Shown here: positions 1-9,445 of the stretch, piece after piece
Layout of the letters: each line of letters begins with the position of its first letter
Numbering within the stretch: the first letter of the stretch is position 1
Source of the DNA: Somniosus microcephalus
Taxonomy: Eukaryota
Direction of reading: 5' to 3'
Assembly (NCBI GenBank): GCA_052327205.1
Contig: CM126225.1
Coordinates: 11,904,001 to 11,968,000 of the forward strand
DNA: 64,000 nt
Notes under the pieces: model-generated
The model's input: only the letters and a program-made list of their open reading frames with translations
Told to the model about the DNA's origin: nothing
Database searches by the model: none
Translations under genes and position numbers: made by a program

Positions 1-243
1 AGGGGCTGATACCCCTCTCCCCTGTACCTGATTCCCCCTCTCTCCACAAGGTCTCATCTCCCCCTCCACTCAAAGTCTGATTCCCCCTCCACTCAAAGTC
101 TGATTCCTCGACCCCTCACTCGTCGATATCTGGTTCCCTCTCTTTCCTCAGTTTCCAGGGTCTTGTTCTCATTCTCTCTCAGTCCTGATTCTCTCCTCAA
201 TATTAGAGCACCCCTTCTCCAAGGTGTCTGGTTTCAATTCTTT

Positions 244-780
244 CCCAGGGTCTGATCCCACATCCCCCCAGGGACAGACCCCACCTGCCCCCAGGGTCTG
301 ACCCCACCAACCCCAGGGTTTGATCTCACCTCCCCCCAGGGTCTGATCCCACCTCCCCAGGGTCTAATCCCACCTCCCCAGGGCCTGATCCCACCTCCCC
401 CAGGGTCTGATCCCACCAACCCCAGGGTCTGATCCCACCTCCCCAGGGCCTGATCCCACCTCCCCTCAGGGTCTGATCCCACCAACCCCAGGGTCTGATC
501 CCACCTCCCCCAAGGTCTGACCCCACATCCCCCCAGGGTCTGACCCCACATTCCCACAGGGTCTGACCCCACATCCCTCCAGGGTCTGATCCCACCTCCC
601 CCCAGGGTCTGATCCCACCAATCCCAGGGTCTGATCCCACCTTCCCCCAGGGACAGACCCCACCTGCCCCCAGGGTCTGATCCCACCAACCCCAGGGACA
701 GACCCCACCTCCCCCAGGGTCTGATCCCACCTCCCCCAGGGTCTGATCCCACCTCCCCCAGGGTCTGTGTCACCTCCCCT
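244..780. repeat. ~22-23 bp C-rich minisatellite (CCCCCAGGGTCTGATCCCACCT)n, long allele
   Basis: Directly visible tandem repeat, embedded in a longer degenerate TCTGATTCCCC...CCTCAG repeat field. Confidence 0.95.
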
Positions 781-1476
781 CAATTTCATATTATCCTTCT
801 CCCCAGTTTTTCATTTCCTCTCCCCCTCAGTGTCTGAATTCCCCTCTTCACTCAGTTTTATGATTCCTCTTGCCCCTCCGTGTCTCATTCCCCATCCCCT
901 CAGTATCTGATTCCAGTTCGTCCTCAAATTTGATTCCCCCTCGCCTTAGTGTCTGAATCCCTCTCTCCCTGAGGCCTTGATTCCTTTCTCTCCCTCGTAG
1001 TCTGATACCCGCTCCCCTCAGTATAAGATTATCCCTCTCTTCAGTCTCTCATTTCCTTTCTCCGCTTAGAACCAGATTCTCCTCTCGCTCAGAATAGTTT
1101 CTTTCGCCACGCACTGCCTGATCCCAGCTCTCCCCTCAGCATCAGATTCCCCCTCTCCCCTCAGTATTGATTTCCCACTCTAGTCAGCCCCTGATTCCGC
1201 CTATCCCCTGTACCTGATTCTCTCTGTCCCATCAGGGATGAATTACCCCTCTAGGGTTCAGAGAACTTTTGCTGTTACACAGTCTCAGGGAATGATACCA
1301 AGAGTTACAGAAGAGAGTCACGCTAACAATTAATACCGTCAAATCAATACTGATCGACCAGTGACTATTAATTGCACAAGTAATATACAACTTCAAACTA
1401 TTTCTCCAGACATGAGTTATCACAACAAACAGACCATGCGCATTTCGAACCGACTCGGGATGCAGGTTAAACTCAC

Positions 1477-1608
1477 CATTTCATTCAGTTTGCTGAGAGT
1501 CTCTGTGTTGAGAGCTTGCTGTAACTGCAGCCTCTCACAGCCCAGACTCAGGGTCCCGGGCAACAAGACCAAAACAATCCAACATCTCCAAACACTCGCC
1601 AAAGCCAT
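1477..1608 (-). pseudogene. Orphan IFN exon 1 (1B): partial paralog or alternative first exon
   Basis: Encodes MALASVWRCWIVLVLLPGTLSLGCERLQLQQALNTETLSKLNEM followed by a GTGAGT donor. 4 nt differences from exon 1A. Only a decayed exon-2 relic (~1245-1305) follows it. Its partner gene would lie left of the window. Confidence 0.8.
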
Positions 1609-1814
1609 GCTGGACCGAGCCGGGGTAAAGCACCGATCTGAAAATTGGGAAACCGATCGGATCCGAGTTCAGCCCAGAAAACGGTTCTTGTTCACCGAAT
1701 GAAACTCTGGAAGTGGAAATGCAGCCGCTTGTGATCCGGGAGCGACCGCCTGTGTTGCCGAGTGATGTGGGTGTGCGGCTCGACACTGTGGGAGCTCTCA
1801 CTGCCATGGTGCCG

Positions 1815-1965
1815 GCTTTAAGGTGGGGCATTACATTCGAAAAGTGAAATCGGGCCGCAGGAGTTTTGGCACAGCCGCTGGAGACCAATGATTTGTGCGG
1901 TTTCTTTCTGGGGTAAGGAATGGAAAAGCTGGAGATTCCTGAACCAGCGAGTGGGAAATCTCCGA
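1815..1965 (-). promoter_or_regulatory. Proximal promoter of exon 1B: TATA-like, IRF-E and NF-kB-like sites (repeated in every unit)
   Basis: TTTAA(G/A) at ~1817-1822; GAAAAGTGAAA at 1839-1849 (resembles IFN-beta PRDI/III); GGGAAATCTCC at 1953-1963 (resembles PRDII GGGAAATTCC). Confidence 0.65.
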
Positions 1966-2264
1966 CAGAAGATCCCAACCAGCGCCCGGTTCCAGCTCCG
2001 TGTTGTGTGGACTCGGATCACCGGGGCACTGAGCTGGTGTAGAGGGAGGCTCTGTATTGGGGGAGTGTGGACATTGCAGAGACCCCGCCTCACAGCCCAG
2101 GGGCACCGCTTCATGCCGACTGACTCCGCTCGGATTCACCTGTCGGAGACTCTGCTTCTTAAGGTTGTCGTTTCCGGGTTATTTTCTGGAGTCATTTTCA
2201 GACATTGTTTTTAAAGAATATTTAATCCGTTTCGACTCTGAGTCCGAAGGGGATCCCGCTGCCT

Positions 2265-2405
2265 TTTCTTTCATCGTTTCTTTCTCGACCCTCTCCCGGG
2301 AAAGTGTCCGTGTCAGTTTCTCTGTGGAAATGAACCTTGTGTCAATTTCACCGAAAGCGAAAGTGTCTCAGGGAAAGTGACGAGTTTTGTCATTTCCGAA
2401 AGTGC
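2265..2405. promoter_or_regulatory. Distal cluster of IRF/ISRE-type GAAA motifs upstream of exon 1B (copies at ~12163, 22088, 31986, 41884, 61681; truncated in unit 6)
   Basis: GGGAAAGT at 2298, GGAAATGAA at 2326, a perfect GAAAGCGAAAGT at 2353-2364, GGGAAAGTGA at 2371, TTTCCGAAAGT at 2393, plus TTTCTTTC tracts at 2265-2286. Confidence 0.65.
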
Positions 2406-2530
2406 GGAGTGATTGTAAACAGAACGGGTCAGACTGAGAGGGCTGAGGGGGAGCTGGGAAAAGGTTTGGGATCTCCGGGATAGCCCCGGTTACACAGGGA
2501 ATGTCGCAAAATCACTCTCAGCTGCAACTG

Positions 2531-3266
2531 ATCACCTCTCATTTTTCTAAACTCCAGAGAGTATAGGCCCATTCTACACAATCTCTCATCATAGGACAAC
2601 CCTCTCATCCCAGGAATCAATCTGGTGAACCTTCATTGCACCGCCTCCAAGGCAAGTATATCCTTCCTTAGATAAGGAGACCAAAACTGTGCCCAGTACT
2701 CCAGGTGTGGTCTCACCAAGGCCCTGTACAATTGTAGCAAGACTTCCTTACTCTTATACTCTGACCCGCTTACAATAAAGGCCAACATGCCATTTCCCTT
2801 CCTTATTGCTTGCTGTACCTGCATGCGAGCTTTCTGTGTTTCTTCCCCAAGGACACCCAAATCTCTCTGAACACCAACACTTGAAAGTTTCTCACCATTT
2901 AAAAAATATTCTGTTTTTCTATTCTTTATACCAAAGTGAATAACCTCACATTTCCGTACATTATACTCTGTCTGCCACCTTACTTCCCACTCACTTAGTC
3001 TATCTATATCCCTTTGAAGATTCTTTGTGTTCTCCTCACAGCTTACTGTCCCACCTAGCTTTGTATCATCAGCAAACTTGGATGCATTACACTTGGTCCC
3101 TTCATCTGGGTCATTAATATAGATTGTAAATAGCTGAGGCCCCAACACTGACACTTGCGGCACACCAATATTTACAGCCTGCCAACCTGAAAAAGATTTG
3201 TTTATCCCTACTCTCTGTTTTCTGTCCGTTAACCAATCCTCTATCCATGCTACTATATTACCCCAG
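2531..3266 (-). mobile_element. CR1-clade LINE ORF2 (reverse transcriptase) fragment
   Basis: ORF 2633-3295 contains WIEDWLTDRKQRV, GVPQxSVLGPQLFTIYIND, KFADDTKL and LYRALVRPHLEY, typical CR1 RT motifs. Truncated at both ends. Confidence 0.92.
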
Positions 3267-3439
3267 CAGTTAGACAACATAAAGGGAAATAGCAAGGAAT
3301 CTTATCAGCACATTAATCTACAATATATAATAATCTTACATTCGTGCACAAATCCTTCTGCATAACTTGACTTCCCGATTTCACCTTTTTGTCACACATT
3401 TGTTGTAGCGCTTCCGTGTTGTAGGACTTCATGAGGAGG

Positions 3440-4090
3440 GCAAATTGGTCAATTTATCCCCATTTTTGCCTCCTTTGCCTCCGCTACCATCCCACTACCA
3501 AAACTGTGGCAGTTTTAAGAAGCATTTTTTTCTCGAGTTTCGGCTCAAACTCATTTGCAAATCGTCCAAAGCAGAACCTGCCATGAACCAGCGCAATCGG
3601 GCAACGTTTGAAAATGTATTTTTTTTTAAACTGCCTTAAAACTATTCATTGATATGTTGAAGAGCGGTAACTGGGCGCAGTTTGATTAATACAGCTGAAA
3701 ATGGGGTTATCACGATAAATAAACATTTTGAATCACAGTGTCAATCCAGCACCTGTGAGGAACATGGTTTTAAATAATTGAAAATTACTTTTATATAATA
3801 TACAGAAACATTCGTTCGTTATATAGGGGTACAGTAGTCAGCTCCTTATTAAATTAAAACAAAATTATATTGAAAAGTTTTTAATATGTGCTGATTAGTG
3901 TCCTTGTGCCAAAAAGAATCAGTTCAATTTTTGGAGCCTCCTTGAAAGTCAGCAAACGAGTGCAATAAGCAGAAAATCCCGATGGTGATTAATTCGACCT
4001 GGGGACCAGGCCAGTTTTGTGGGCGGGGCCAGCTACCACCGCGATGTTTTTTTAAGTGGCGCAAAAAATAGCAGCAACTCGATTTGCGCT
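3440..4090. mobile_element. Possible degenerate MITE / non-autonomous DNA transposon
   Basis: Imperfect inverted matches: gggcaaattgg...atttttgcc...ccaaaactg (3440-3510) versus cagttttgtgg...ggcgcaaaaaat...cgatttgcgc (4012-4089), with an AT-rich interior. Confidence 0.3.
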
Positions 4091-4547
4091 GGGCGTAATT
4101 TCCACTTAAAATTCCGTGACTTTTTCTGCAGGTTTCGTCGATTTAAGGTGAATTGCACTGAAAAAACCAGCACAACCGAGCGGCAACTCCAGTTTACTGT
4201 TGCCAATTATAAATTCCTATGTCGATATTTATTATGGGTCTTGTTTACGTGAACTTGACAGTCTGGTTGCAGAAACTAGCCACGTAGTTCAAATGAAAAG
4301 AGGTAGGGATTGTGATGCGAGTAAGTGGGTGGGACAAAGAGGAATGAATAGTGGGAAGATGAAATAGTAGGGAATGCAAAGGGGGCAAATGTGGGGATAA
4401 ACTGACCCATGTGCCCTCCCCGTGAAAGATCATGGGAAGATGGAATCATATTTTAGGCCACAAACCTTCCTTCCTGAGAGTGTACTTGAGTTTGAATAAG
4501 TGGTAAAGATCCTTAATCTGTGACATGCCTCAGTTAGAAAGAGAGAC

Positions 4548-4981
4548 TTGCATTTATATATCGCCTTTCACAACCACCGGACATCCCGAAGTGTTTACAG
4601 CCAATGAAGTACTTTTAAAGTGTAGCCACTGGTGTACTGTAGGAAACTCGGCACACAAATTGCGCAGAGCAAGCTCCCACAAACAGCAATGTGATAATGA
4701 CCAGATAATCCGCTTTTGAGTGATGTTGATTGAGGGATAATTATTGGTCAGGACACCGGGGATAACTCCCGTGCGCTTCTTCGAAATAGCACCATGGGAT
4801 CTTTTACATCCACCTGAGAAAGCAAATAGGCCCTTGGTTTAACATTTCATCAGAAAGACTGCACCTCTGACAGTGCAGCACTCCTTCATTCAGCCTGGAT
4901 GTTGTGCTCGAGTCATTGGAGTGGGACTTGAACCACACAATCTCCTGACTCACAGGCAAGAGTGTTTACCACTGAGACACA
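4548..4981 (-). mobile_element. tRNA-derived SINE, Deu-domain (SacSINE1/DeuSINE)-like; copies at ~14446, 24371, 34269, 44167, 54065 and partial at 63964
   Basis: Minus-strand head TGTGTCTCAGTGGTAAACACTC (A-box-like) ... GGTTCAAGTCCCACTC (B box). Internal segment ttcttcgaaatagcaccatgggatcttttacatccacctgag and tail ending TATATAAATGCAAG. Family assignment is from recall, not a search. Confidence 0.75.
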
Positions 4982-5257
4982 GTTACTGAAGAAGGTGAAA
5001 ATGGAAACTCAGGGGAATGTAGAATAAAACTATGGAGATAAATATACAGAAGCAAGGATGAAGGGAGTAACAAGGGAGCAAAGGGGAAGGGAGGATAAAA
5101 AAAGAAAGTGCGACTGAATGTAGGAAGTAGAAAATTCACCAGGTCCAGTTCATATGCAGTGCAAGGAAGTGAGAAATAGGGTAAATGAGAGAAAGAAGAA
5201 ACCATCACATTCCACTCAACTTTGAAAACAAGTATCATGGCAAAGGATTGAAGGGTG

Positions 5258-5515
5258 GGAAAAATTATAACCCTTTTAGTCTTACCTCAGCTGTGGGTAA
5301 ACATATGGACTCCATAGTATGGGATGAAATTAGTGAACAGTTGGAAAAATATGGGCTCATTAGGGGCAGTCACCATGAATCTGTAAAGAACACATTGTGC
5401 TTGAATAATTCTACTGAATTTTTCAGGAAGCTCACATACATAGCTAAAGGAATGCAGTCAGTGTTAAGTATACAGCTTTTCAGAAGGTGCAGGATAAAAT
5501 GCCATATAAGAGATT
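5258..5515 (+). mobile_element. Degenerate CR1 ORF2 fragment (N-terminal part of RT); present in each unit
   Basis: NYNPFSLTSAVGKHMDSIVWDEISEQLEKYGLIRGSHHESVKNTLCLNNSTEFF resembles the CR1 consensus NYRPVSLTSVVGK...SQHGF.KG.SCLTNL.EFF. Confidence 0.8.
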
Positions 5516-5749
5516 TTCAGTCCCACTCTCCACTCATTCCGCTCCCCTAGAATATCGAGCCAATTGGGTTCAAAATGAATTCACAGTTTTGACAGGCGAG
5601 GAAATATCAGACAGTGGAGAATCGAGCGGTGAGGGTGTACCAGTCACAGGCAGCAGATAGAGGAATCCAGAGCATTTACAGTGAGTATGGAAAACTGACA
5701 GATGTAAATGAGAAATAAATATTACTCCAATAAAAATGTAATATTGCAA

Positions 5750-6872
5750 ACAATTTATTTACACCAACATGTTCTCAATCAGTACAAAAAGTGTAGACAA
5801 ACAATGTCTATTCCCCAAATCTTAGTAAATATCAATAAATTAACAGTGCTTTCTGAACTTATTTACACATTGCATAAAACTGTAACTTTTCATTACATGA
5901 AGACGTCACAATGATAAATATCAATACATTAGGAATACACGGGACGAGTTGGAGTGTTGGCCGCTGGGAGAGCAGAAATGTAAAGGTCAGTGCAGGTCAG
6001 GGATCAGGTCATGGGTCATTGTTCCGCAACCCTACCATTGAGAGCCAATCAGTGCCATGAAAGCTAGTGACAGAGCCGAGTATTGGCCGGGCATTCCCAG
6101 TGCAGGGAGTTGTCACTGGAAGTTCAGCAACTGGAATAAGGAGCCTCATAAAGTTAATTAAATGGAAATAAAAGAGTTAATTTGGGAATGGGGTTTGGAC
6201 CCACAACCTACTGACTTAGAGTATTACCTCTGAGCCAAGCTGACAACAGTGTAAAATTAGCAATACGTTACATTTACTTATAAAATATATATATTTTTAA
6301 TTCGGGGTCTTTAAAATAGCTCATCGTTCGCAGTCTGTATTAAACATGTCATTGAGAAATCTTCTGTTCCTTCTCATTTTTGACTTTACACGTTGTGAAA
6401 AATCTGCAACATTTTATTGTGTCAAGCAATAAACTTGACTCAATCCTGATGAGATGAGGAGGAAATGGTAGCGCCAGCCGGGTGGGGCAGCCCAGAGAGC
6501 TGACACTGGGAAAGCAGCGAGTGGAATAAGGTGTCCCACTGAGAGAACCTGAGATGAAACTTTTCATTGTCGCAGCTGCCAGTCCCTGAAGGAAGGGACA
6601 GAGGCAGGATTTTCCTCAGACTCGCCCCAGTCAAAGCTCTAACATTTCATCACAGGCAACTGTCACAGCAATAACTATCAATAAATTAAAATAAATGATC
6701 AAACACGGATCAATATCAAAACATTCCTTGTTCTCCATCAGTCACCTTGCACCCAATCGCGATATTACAATACAATATAATATATTAAAATATAATTAAA
6801 AAAAAAAAATGCGGTCTTTTAAATAAATATTCTTTGATCCCAGTCTGTACGAAATATGCCTTTGGAAAGTCT
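5750..6872 (-). other. Probable IFN 3' UTR region with AU-rich elements and candidate polyA signals
   Basis: Minus-strand ATTTA/ATTTATTTA motifs around 6680-6830 and 5825-5920. Minus-strand AATAAA at 6413-6418 and 5754-5759. True 3' end unknown. Confidence 0.55.
6183..6245 (-). mobile_element. Degenerate SINE head fragment
   Basis: gggaatggggtttggacccacaacctactgacttagag...ctgagccaagctgaca resembles the SINE head at 4918-4981. Confidence 0.45.
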
Positions 6873-9001
6873 TCAGTTTTTTCTTCTTCTGATTTGTGCC
6901 GTTATGAAAAGGATCTGTTGTAATCGGGCCCTAGTTTCAGCGCGGATTATTTCCCAGGCGCAGTCACTGAATCTCTGAGAAAGAGAAATATTCAGGAAAA
7001 TCCATTAGAAAATGAACAGGTTTGAATTGGGTAAACGAAAACGGTCAGTAATCTCAGTAAAATATCAATTTTCCCACCTTCTGTTTGAGAAACTTTCTCA
7101 GTTTCCTAAAGTATTTGTGAATTGAGGCGTTTCTCCTCGGCCTGGACTCTGAGCCTGGTTTCCTGACACATTCTTCCAGCTCCTCGAGCTGCCGATCCAG
7201 GAGAAGACGGAAGTTTTCCACCTTGTCCCGGGGCCATGTGACTGAGCCCAGGTTCATGCTGTAGATCTTGGTGAGGTGACGCAGTGTTTGATGGACAATC
7301 TGGATCCTGTCCTGGGTCTGTGCACAATACACACAAGGACGTTAGAGGGGACCTGTTCCTTTTTAGGTTTCGAGTAGTTATGGAAAAGGACAAGCATCAA
7401 TCACAAGTGAATATAGTCAACTGGTGTATTGGAATCTAAGATTTGCAGGTGAAACAGTAAATTTGCAATGGAAAGCCTTCAAAGAGGAAATCGTTTGGTG
7501 CAGTCTAGACACATCCGCACCAGGGGGAAAGGAAGGGCATGCAAAGCTATCTCTCCCCGGATCACTGAAGATGGAGATTTCAATGAAACAGCAAAAGGAG
7601 GCTTATGATAAACGTTAAGCTTATAATACAGTAGAGAACCAAGCTGAATGCAGAAGGTGCGAACTGAAAAAGGAAATGAGACGCAAAGAGAATGTATGAG
7701 AATAGATTAGTGGGTGATATTAAAGGGCTCCCAAATGTGTTTTAGAAGCATTAAAAAATTGTGGCTTTCCAAAGGGAATTGGTTAAGTACCTGAAAAAAA
7801 ATGGCATGGCTCCGGGGAAAGGGCGGGGAGTGGGACTGGCTGAAGTGCTCTTGCAGAGAGCCGGCACGGGCTCGACGGGCCGAATGGCCTCCTTATGTGC
7901 TGTAACCATTCTATGATTCTATGAAATAGTAAAAGGATATTCAAAGGATGGGTGGGATCATCTAGGAACCAGAATGGAAGATTAGAGGGGCTTCAATGAA
8001 TAGAGGGTGCGAGATGATTAGAGGGAGTTAGATAGTTAAAGGGAGTGAGATAATAGGTGAGATAGAGAGAGAGAGCTAGTTAGAGAGAGTGAGCTAGTTA
8101 CAGAGAGTGAGCTAGTTAGAGAGAGTGAGCTAGTTAGAGAGTGAGCTAGTTACAGAGAGTGAGCTAGTTGGAGAGAGTGAGCTAGTTACAGAGAGTGAGC
8201 TAGTTAGAGAGAGTGAGCTAGTTAGAGAGTGAGCTAGTTACAGAGAGTGAGCTAGTTACAGAGAGTGAGCTAGTTGGAGAGAGTGAGCTAGTTACAGAGA
8301 GTGAGCTAGTTAGAGAGAGTGAGCTAGTTAGAGAGTGAGCTAGTTACAGAGAGTGAGCTAGTTAGAGAGAGTGAGCTAGTTAGAGAGTGAGCTAGTTAGA
8401 GAGAGTGAGCTAGTTAGAGAGAGTGAGCTAGTTAGAGAGAGTGACATGGAGTGAGTGAATGGCTCTTCTGGCACTTTCACCTCAATGGGCGGCTAACACT
8501 GGATTTAAATTTCCTGATTAAAATTCTGATCCGTGTGTTTATCTTACTCATGCTTTCTATAAAACTTTTGCTTGAATAAAGTGAAATAAAATAGAGTTCA
8601 CTCACCTGTAATCCCTCTGAAAGTTTCACCAGATTCAAGGACTTGGTTTTCAGCGAGAGGCTCTCTCTTACACACTGTCGGGGAAAGGGGCCGCCCTGAG
8701 AGGAGAAGGCAATCAGTGTTACAATCAGTTCCCTTGAAATACTGGAGAATCGCTGCCTATTAATTGCGTAAAATTACAAACACATCAAACATTTTCTCCT
8801 GATATAACTTTCCACAACAAGCACAGAGTATATGGTTCGGATCCGGCTCTGAATGCAGGTTAAACTCACCATTTCATTCAGTTTGCTCAGAGTCTCTGTG
8901 TTGAGAACTTGCTGTAACTGCAGCTTCTCACAGCCCAGACTCAGGGTCCCGGGCAACAAGACCAACACAATCCAACATCTCCAAACACTCGCCAAAGCCA
9001 T
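6873..9001 (-). CDS. IFN: Type I interferon, 4 coding exons, 187 aa (copy 1; Ser56 variant)
   Basis: Exons: 9001-8870 (MALASVWRCWIVLVLLPGTLSLGCEKLQLQQVLNTETLSKLNEM), 8695-8606 (GGPFPRQCVRESLSLKTKSLNLVKLSEGLQ), 7317-7078 (TQDRIQIVHQTLRHL...ELEECVRK...HKYFRKLRKFLKQK), 6974-6873 (RFSDCAWEIIRAETRARLQQILFITAQIRRRKN*). All junctions are GT-AG and phase 0. Hydrophobic signal peptide; Cys at 24, 52, 124, 159; YFxKL...L...CAWExIRxE is the type I IFN signature. Confidence 0.93.
7410..7980 (+). mobile_element. Intron-2 CR1 ORF2 fragment with a nested CR1 3' tail (~7760-7923); present in each unit
   Basis: Translation QWKAFKEEI...KQQKEAYDKR. 3' tail ...gggccgaatggcctcct...tgtaaccATTCTATGATTCTATGA. Confidence 0.8.
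8063..8443. repeat. 16/18-bp intronic minisatellite (GAGAGTGAGCTAGTTA[C/G]A)n; copies at ~17961-18323 (one unit shorter), 27886, 37784, 47682, 57581
   Basis: Directly visible tandem repeat in IFN intron 2. Confidence 0.95.
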
Positions 9002-9184
9002 GCTGGACCGAGCCAAGGCAAAGCACCGATCTGAAGGATAAGAAACCGAGCGGATTCGAGTTCAGCTCAGAAAACGGTTCTTGTTCACTGAATGAAACTC
9101 TGGAAGTCGAAATGCAGCCGCTTGTGATCCCGGAGTGACCAGTTGTGTTGTCGAGTGTGGGTGTGCGGCTGGACACTGTGGGAG

Positions 9185-9370
9185 CTGTCACTTTAGGAGG
9201 AGGGACTGGCGATGTGGGCCATTACAATCCAAAAGTGAAAGCGGGCTGCAGGAGTGTTGGAAGAGCTGCAGGAGAGCAATAGTTTGTGCGGTTCCTTTCT
9301 GAGGTAAGGAATTCAAAAGCTGGAGATTCCTGAACCAGCGACTGGAAAATCCCCGAGAGAAGGTCCTAAC
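9185..9370 (-). promoter_or_regulatory. Proximal promoter of the intact IFN gene (exon 1A) with IRF-E and NF-kB sites (repeated in every unit)
   Basis: AAAAGTGAAA at 9231-9240; GGAAAATCCCC at 9344-9354 (minus strand GGGGATTTTCC, fits the kB consensus GGGRNNYYCC). Positions are homologous to the promoter B sites. Confidence 0.7.
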
Positions 9371-9445
9371 CATAGATTCATTGAAACAGAGAATGGTTAC
9401 AGCGCAGAAACAGGCCACTCGGCCCGTCGAGCCCGCGTCAGCTCA
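9371..9445 (-). mobile_element. Short CR1 3'-end fragment bounding promoter A; present in each unit
   Basis: catagattcattgaaacagagaatggttacagcgcagaaacaggccactcggcccgtcgagccc is the reverse complement of the tail type seen at 7865-7923. Confidence 0.75.

Noticed and set aside
244-780. CRISPR-like repeat array
   Set aside because: Contiguous tandem repeats without unique spacers, no cas genes, and a vertebrate context.
234-789. Gly/Trp/Pro-rich ORFs of 87-179 aa in three frames (repeated in each unit)
   Set aside because: They are translations of the stop-poor 22-23 bp minisatellite and are open in several frames; there is no evidence of coding function.
1361-1702. Plus-strand 113-aa ORF antisense to exon 1B (and similar ORFs over 1A)
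   Set aside because: Shadow frame of the IFN exon with no independent support.
1535-1978. 147-aa ORF or upstream ATG (1805-1807) overlapping exon 1B
   Set aside because: No recognizable homology. The ATG is ~10 nt from the TATA-like box, so it probably lies upstream of the TSS, and it is absent from promoter A.
2633-3295. 220-aa RT ORF as a domesticated or active gene, or as an IFN-RT system
   Set aside because: A truncated CR1 fragment with a non-ATG start and degenerate motifs (GVPQVS, INDPDE). Its identity across units is explained by the segmental amplification.
4900-4981. tRNA gene
   Set aside because: The A/B-box-like motifs belong to a SINE head; no complete cloverleaf is evident.
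9002-9016. N-terminal extension MARSS on the IFN
   Set aside because: It relies on a TTG start from the ORF caller and is not called in copy 2; the ATG at 9001 gives a normal signal peptide.
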